A stretch of 40,806 nt of DNA, from NCBI GenBank assembly GCA_002492415.1, contig DKYK01000046.1, positions 22,835 through 63,640 on the forward strand, given 5' to 3'. The translations under genes and the position numbers were made by a program. Source of the DNA: Christensenella sp. UBA7102. Its GTDB lineage: Bacteria > Bacillota > Clostridia > Christensenellales > UBA1750. The number at the start of each line of letters is the position of its first letter. Within the stretch, counting starts at the first letter, position 1. Shown piece by piece: positions 36,023-40,806 of this stretch. Under the pieces are notes generated by a model. It saw only the letters and a program-made list of their open reading frames with translations. It did not search any database and was not told the origin of the DNA.

Positions 36023-38863
36023 ATGCTCCGGTTCGTGCTGCGCAAGATGCGCGCAAAAAAATGGATGATGTTCTGCCTTCTCATCGGCAATATACTGCTT
36101 GTCTCCATCGCCTGCGTCAATCCCATGTACACGCATGCGATGCTGCAAAAGACGCTGCTGGGCGACATGAAAACCATCCTCACAGAGAAAAACGTATACC
36201 CCGGCGGCGTGACGATTACTGCCTCCCTGCTGCGGCAAAAGGGCGCGATCACCAGCCAGGAAAATTACCGCGAAGCGCGGGAAGCGGCGCAGGAACTGAG
36301 CGGCCAAATGGGCATTCCGCTGCGCGAGTGCGTGGAGGAAACCATCATCCCCAACGTGCAGATGACCAGCCGGTCGCTGCGCGAGGACGACAAGGCGGGC
36401 AAGCGCATCAACGTGGGCTGCCTGTCCGGCATGGAGGCGCACAGCACGCTGCTGTCCGGCACGGGCATGGGCAGGCAGGCGCAGGACGGCGTCATCGACG
36501 TGGTGGTCAGCGAAAAGGCGATGCTCAACCTGAACCTGCTGGTGGGCGAGACGCTGGATACGGTGGAATTGACCGCGCCGGACGGACAGCCTCTGGCGGT
36601 GCGCATCGCGGGTGTGTATGGCGCCGCGCGGCCAGACGACCCCTATTGGGTGACGTCGCCCGCGGGCTATACCGCCACCGTGATGATGGATGAGGCGCTA
36701 TTCCGCGAGCTGTTTGTGCGGGAGGGGGATGAGCGCTATCCGCTGCGTACCACCTGGAACTTGCTGATGGACTATACCCAGATGGAGAGCGACCGCGCGC
36801 AGCACTATCTGGACGCGCTGGGTGATCTGCGCGCCCGGTTTCCCGTCAGCCGCAATGTGATCGTCACCAACAACTTCGGCGTCGCGCTGGAGGGGTTTCT
36901 GGGTGAGGCGCAGCGCGTGCGCGTGACGCTGCTCGTGCTTCAGGCGCCCATATTTGCGCTGCTGGCGGTATTCATTTTTATGGTTTCCCGGCAAATGGTG
37001 GAATTGGAGGAGGGCGAGATTGCCGTACTCAAGAGCCGCGGCGCGGGCCGCGGCCAGATCCTGGGCGTGTATCTGGTCCAGAGCGCGCTGCTGGCGGCGA
37101 TGGGGCTGCTGGCGGGCGTGCCGCTGTCGCTTTTCCTGTGCCAGGTGCTGGGCAGCGCCAATGCGTTCCTGGAGTTTGTGTCGCGCTCGGCGCTGCCCGT
37201 GTGGGTGGATGGCACGGTGCTGCTGTGCGGATTTGCTGCGGCGCTGCTGTCTGTAGGCACCATGTTGCTGCCAGTGTTCCGGTTCTCGCGCGTGTCCATC
37301 GTATCGCAAAAGCGCGCCAAGCGCGCGGGCCACGGCATGCCCTGGTGGCAGAAGAGCGGGGTGGACGTGCTGCTGCTGGCCGTTTCGCTCTATGGATGGT
37401 ACACCTTTCACGCGCAGAAGGAGGCGCTGGCCCAGCGTGTGCTGGAGGGCCAGGCGCTCGACCCGCTGATGTTTTTGAGCGCCAGCCTGTTTATCATCGG
37501 CGCGGCGCTGCTGCTGGTACGCCTGCTGCCGCTGGTGGTTCGCCTGGTCTACCTCGTGGGCAGGCGGTGGTGGAGTCCGGCGCTGTTCGCCTCTTTCCTG
37601 CAGGTGATTCGCACCAAGGGCAGCCAGGGCTTCATCATGGTCTTTCTGATCTTTACCGTGGCCCTGGGCATGTTCAACGCGACCGCGGCCCGCACCATCG
37701 GAGACAACGCCGAGCGCAACACGCGCTACACCATCGGTGCGGACATCGTGCTCAAGGAGGCCTGGGCAGACAACAGCCAGGCGACGGGCGGTGGGCCGGA
37801 GGGCGCGGGGGAGACGGCGGAAAAGCGCTACGTAGAGCCGGAGTTTGAGGGCTATCGGGCGCTTGTGGGCGTGTCCTCGGCAACGCGCGTGCTCAATGAC
37901 GGCTCCATCACGGTGACGCTGCCCGCGGGCGGCAGCGCAAAGGGCGTGCGCCTGATGGGAATACACACCAAAGAATTCGGGGAGACGGCTTGGTTTGACG
38001 AGAGCCTGCTGCCCGTGCACTGGTATGAGTACCTCAACGCCATTTCGCAGAACCCGGAGGCGGTGCTGCTCTCCGAAAACTTTGAAAGCGACTACGGCTA
38101 CCGGCTGGGCGACGCCATCTCCTTTCGTAACAACGATGGCGGCTCCATGCGCGGCATTGTCTATGGCTTTGTTCCCTATTGGCCCACCTACGGGCGGGTG
38201 ACCAGCGTCCGGGGCAGCGACGGCGTCTGGCGCGAGCAGGACGGCTATCTGATCGTGGCCAACCTCTCGCAGGTGCAGTCAGCCTTTGGCGTGACGCCCT
38301 ATGAGGTATGGCTCCGGACCGACGGGGGCTCGACGCAGTTCATCTATGACTACATTGTGAGCAGCGGCAAAGCGCTGCGCTCCTTTAGGGACGCCAACGC
38401 CGAGATCATCGAACAGAAGCGCGATGCCGTGATGCAGGGTACGAACGGCATTCTCACCGTGGGCTTTATCGTGGTGCTGGTGCTGTGCACTGTGGGATTT
38501 TTGATCTACTGGATCCTGTCCATCCGTCAGCGCGCGCTGCAAATGGGCATTTTCCGCGCAATGGGCATGACCATCCGCGAAATTCTGACCATGCTCATCA
38601 ATGAGCAGGTGTGGATCTCCGGGCTGTCGATCGCTGCGGGGGCGGGCGTCGGCTGGGCGGCTGCGCAGCTGTATGTGCCGTTGATCCAGATCGCCTATGC
38701 CGCGTCGGATCAGCTGATTCCGCTGCGCATTGTGATGAGCGGCGCGGACAATTTCAAGCTGTTCGCGGTGGTGGGACTGGTCATGGGCGTCTGCCTGTGC
38801 ATACTGGCCGGTATCGTCCGGCGCATGCAGGTCGTAAAGGCGCTCAAGCTGGGGGAGGATTGA
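36023..38863 (+). CDS. MacB/FtsX-type ABC permease with duplicated FtsX domains
   Basis: EIAVLKSRGA and QMGIFRAMGM motifs, two large extracellular loops, AAGGAGG RBS. Confidence 0.88.
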   Translation: MLRFVLRKMRAKKWMMFCLLIGNILLVSIACVNPMYTHAMLQKTLLGDMKTILTEKNVYPGGVTITASLLRQKGAITSQENYREAREAAQELSGQMGIPLRECVEETIIPNVQMTSRSLREDDKAGKRINVGCLSGMEAHSTLLSGTGMGRQAQDGVIDVVVSEKAMLNLNLLVGETLDTVELTAPDGQPLAVRIAGVYGAARPDDPYWVTSPAGYTATVMMDEALFRELFVREGDERYPLRTTWNLLMDYTQMESDRAQHYLDALGDLRARFPVSRNVIVTNNFGVALEGFLGEAQRVRVTLLVLQAPIFALLAVFIFMVSRQMVELEEGEIAVLKSRGAGRGQILGVYLVQSALLAAMGLLAGVPLSLFLCQVLGSANAFLEFVSRSALPVWVDGTVLLCGFAAALLSVGTMLLPVFRFSRVSIVSQKRAKRAGHGMPWWQKSGVDVLLLAVSLYGWYTFHAQKEALAQRVLEGQALDPLMFLSASLFIIGAALLLVRLLPLVVRLVYLVGRRWWSPALFASFLQVIRTKGSQGFIMVFLIFTVALGMFNATAARTIGDNAERNTRYTIGADIVLKEAWADNSQATGGGPEGAGETAEKRYVEPEFEGYRALVGVSSATRVLNDGSITVTLPAGGSAKGVRLMGIHTKEFGETAWFDESLLPVHWYEYLNAISQNPEAVLLSENFESDYGYRLGDAISFRNNDGGSMRGIVYGFVPYWPTYGRVTSVRGSDGVWREQDGYLIVANLSQVQSAFGVTPYEVWLRTDGGSTQFIYDYIVSSGKALRSFRDANAEIIEQKRDAVMQGTNGILTVGFIVVLVLCTVGFLIYWILSIRQRALQMGIFRAMGMTIREILTMLINEQVWISGLSIAAGAGVGWAAAQLYVPLIQIAYAASDQLIPLRIVMSGADNFKLFAVVGLVMGVCLCILAGIVRRMQVVKALKLGED

Positions 38864-38867
38864 TAAA

Positions 38868-39554
38868 ATGGACTGCATACTGGAGGCAAGAAATGTATCG
38901 CGCGGGTTCCCCCTGCCGGGCGGTGGGACGTATATGGCGCTCAAGCACGTGGATCTGCAGGCCCCGACGGGCAAACTGACCATTCTCAAGGGCCGCTCCG
39001 GCTCGGGCAAGACCACGCTGCTCAACATACTCTCCGCACTCGACAAGCCCACGGAAGGCTCGGTGATACTGGAGGGCAGGGACATCACGCGCCTTTCCGA
39101 GGCGGAGTGCACGCGGTTGCGACGCACGCAGGTGGGGTACGTGTTTCAATCCGTGGCGCTCATTCCCATGATGACGGCGCTGGAGAATGTGGAGTTCTCG
39201 CTTCGACTGGTAGGGTACCGCGGCGACCGCCGGGCGCGGGCCGTGGAATGCCTGAACCTTGTGGGGCTCGCGCAGCGCGCGGGACACTTGCCGCAGGAGA
39301 TGAGCGGCGGCGAGCAGCAGCGCGTGGCGGTGGCGCGCGCCATCGCTCACAGGCCGCGCGTGCTCTTTGCGGATGAGCCTACGGGCGCTCTGGACACCAA
39401 CACGGGCCTGCAGGTGGTCAAGACCTTTAAGGAACTGTGCAGCGGCGAGGGCATTACCATCGTGATGACCACGCACGACACGGGGCTGATGGATATCGGC
39501 GACGCAGTATACGAGCTGGAGGACGGTGAGATGGTACATGCAGACAACGGCTAG
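38868..39554 (+). CDS. ABC ATP-binding protein (MacB/LolD-like)
   Basis: GRSGSGKT, MSGGEQQR, ADEPTG and THD. Confidence 0.93.
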   Translation: MDCILEARNVSRGFPLPGGGTYMALKHVDLQAPTGKLTILKGRSGSGKTTLLNILSALDKPTEGSVILEGRDITRLSEAECTRLRRTQVGYVFQSVALIPMMTALENVEFSLRLVGYRGDRRARAVECLNLVGLAQRAGHLPQEMSGGEQQRVAVARAIAHRPRVLFADEPTGALDTNTGLQVVKTFKELCSGEGITIVMTTHDTGLMDIGDAVYELEDGEMVHADNG

Positions 39555-40455
39555 GACGGTTCCGCCCATCATCGAGTGCGAAAACCTGGTCAAGATCTAC
39601 AAAACGCGCGAGACGGAGGTGCTGGCGCTGCAGGGACTGGAGCTGACCGTGCAGCAGGGCGAACTGATGGCCATCATCGGCAACTCGGGCAGCGGCAAGT
39701 CCACCTTTCTCAACATGATCGGCGGATTGGACCGCCCCAGCGCCGGCCGCCTCTTCGTCGACGGCAAGGATTTGTTCAAACTCAGCGACCGCGAGCTGGT
39801 GCGGTACAAGCGCTCCACCGTCGGCTTTGTCTGGCAGAACAACGCGCGCAATTTGCTGCCTTATCTGACGGCGCTGGAGAATGTGCAGACCCCTATGCTT
39901 TTTGAGCGCGGCGGCAACCGGCGGCAGCGCGCGCAGGAGCTGCTGGAACTGGTGGGCATGGCGCATCGCAAAAACAGCCGCTTGGACCAGCTCTCAGGCG
40001 GCGAGCAGCAGCGCATTGCCATCGCGCTGGCGCTGGCCAACAAACCCAAACTGCTGCTGGCAGATGAGCCCACCGGTGCAGTGGACGCCAAGACCGCCGC
40101 CTACATACTGGACGTGTTCCGCAGGCTCAACGAGGAGCTGGGCTTGACCATCGTCATCGTTACCCATGATCCCAACCTGGCGCGCAAGGTCAACCGCGTG
40201 GTGGCCATCCGCGACGGCAAGACCAGCGCTGAGCGCATCGCCAAGGGCGACTACGCCGCACGCCTGGACGAGATCAGCGGGTTTGCGCAGGAGACGCACG
40301 ACGAGTACGCCCTGCTCGATCGCGCAGGACGCCTGCAGATCCCGCGCGAGATGCTTGATGCGCTGAACCTATCTGGCAACCGGCTGCGCGTGGAGATGGC
40401 GGAGGGCCGCATTGTGCTCACCGCCCCCGAAGAGAGCGGGAATGAGAGTAAATAA
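39538..40455 (+). CDS. ABC ATP-binding protein (LolD-like) with C-terminal AbrB-like extension
   Basis: [16 protein letters not shown] and ADEPTG; tail [14 protein letters not shown]. Start could be GTG 39526. Confidence 0.9.
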   Translation: MQTTARTVPPIIECENLVKIYKTRETEVLALQGLELTVQQGELMAIIGNSGSGKSTFLNMIGGLDRPSAGRLFVDGKDLFKLSDRELVRYKRSTVGFVWQNNARNLLPYLTALENVQTPMLFERGGNRRQRAQELLELVGMAHRKNSRLDQLSGGEQQRIAIALALANKPKLLLADEPTGAVDAKTAAYILDVFRRLNEELGLTIVIVTHDPNLARKVNRVVAIRDGKTSAERIAKGDYAARLDEISGFAQETHDEYALLDRAGRLQIPREMLDALNLSGNRLRVEMAEGRIVLTAPEESGNESK

Positions 40456-40523
40456 GCGAATGATTCCAGCACGATGCGCGCATGCGCCTCTGGTAGTCTG
40501 ATAGGCGAAGGAGGTGAAGCATC

Positions 40524-40805
40524 ATGGATTGGAAACTGACGCTGGAGATTGCGCTTTTCCTGCTCCTGGGCATCGTATGCGCGCTGGCGCTGCCCTTCCT
40601 GCGCGAGCGGTTGGGCGCAGAGCGGCTTAAGGGCCTGTGGAAGTGGGCCTGCCTTTGCGTACAGGCCGCCGAGCAGCTCTTTGGCTCGGGCATGGGCGAG
40701 CGCAAAAAGCAGTACGCGCAGCAGGAGCTGGAGCGGCTGGCCCCCAAGGCCGACGCGCAGACGCTCGACGTGCTCATTGAGGCCGCTGTGCGCGAGCTGA
40801 CCTAG
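40524..40805 (+). CDS. holin, LL-H family-like
   Basis: One N-terminal TM, then W....VQAAEQLF.SG.GE.KK.Y and LIEAAV.EL; AAGGAGGTG RBS. Confidence 0.75.
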   Translation: MDWKLTLEIALFLLLGIVCALALPFLRERLGAERLKGLWKWACLCVQAAEQLFGSGMGERKKQYAQQELERLAPKADAQTLDVLIEAAVRELT

Positions 40806-40806
40806 G

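Noticed and set aside
1-40806. CRISPR array, IS, integrase, tRNA/rRNA or anti-phage defence genes
   Set aside because: No spaced repeat array, recombinase or transposase motifs, or structural RNA genes were recognisable; intergenic repeats are single hairpins.

Overview
High-GC chromosomal window from a Clostridia-type Firmicute (sigma-A promoters, GGAGG RBSs, dnaE-pfkA synteny, BlaI/BlaR pair). It carries about 35 protein-coding genes and no rRNA, tRNA, CRISPR array, integrase or transposase. Gene order: dnaE (partial), small ORF, pfkA; amidohydrolase and PnuC-like transporter; DHFR-like; MBL hydrolase; an RNHCP-GNAT-MutS2-like operon; ChbG-like deacetylase; DAHP synthase; HAD, DAGK and methyltransferase; an amidohydrolase/glycerate kinase/GH36-like/MFS operon; XRE fusion and peptidase E-like; LacX-like; SsuABC-type ABC importer; BlaI and a giant BlaR1-like protein; GyrI-like; GH78 rhamnosidase; an exporter with three adaptors, a MacB-like permease and two ATPases; and a holin. 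The best signals are three structured 5' leaders: (1) a ~300-nt uORF/terminator/antiterminator leader controlling an Smr-less, KOW-bearing MutS2 paralogue operon, a candidate stalling- or antibiotic-inducible ribosome-rescue system; (2) a complete trp-style attenuator with a 6-Tyr leader peptide upstream of DAHP synthase; (3) an orphan riboswitch-like leader upstream of the ABC importer. All calls come from reading motifs by eye; no searches were run.
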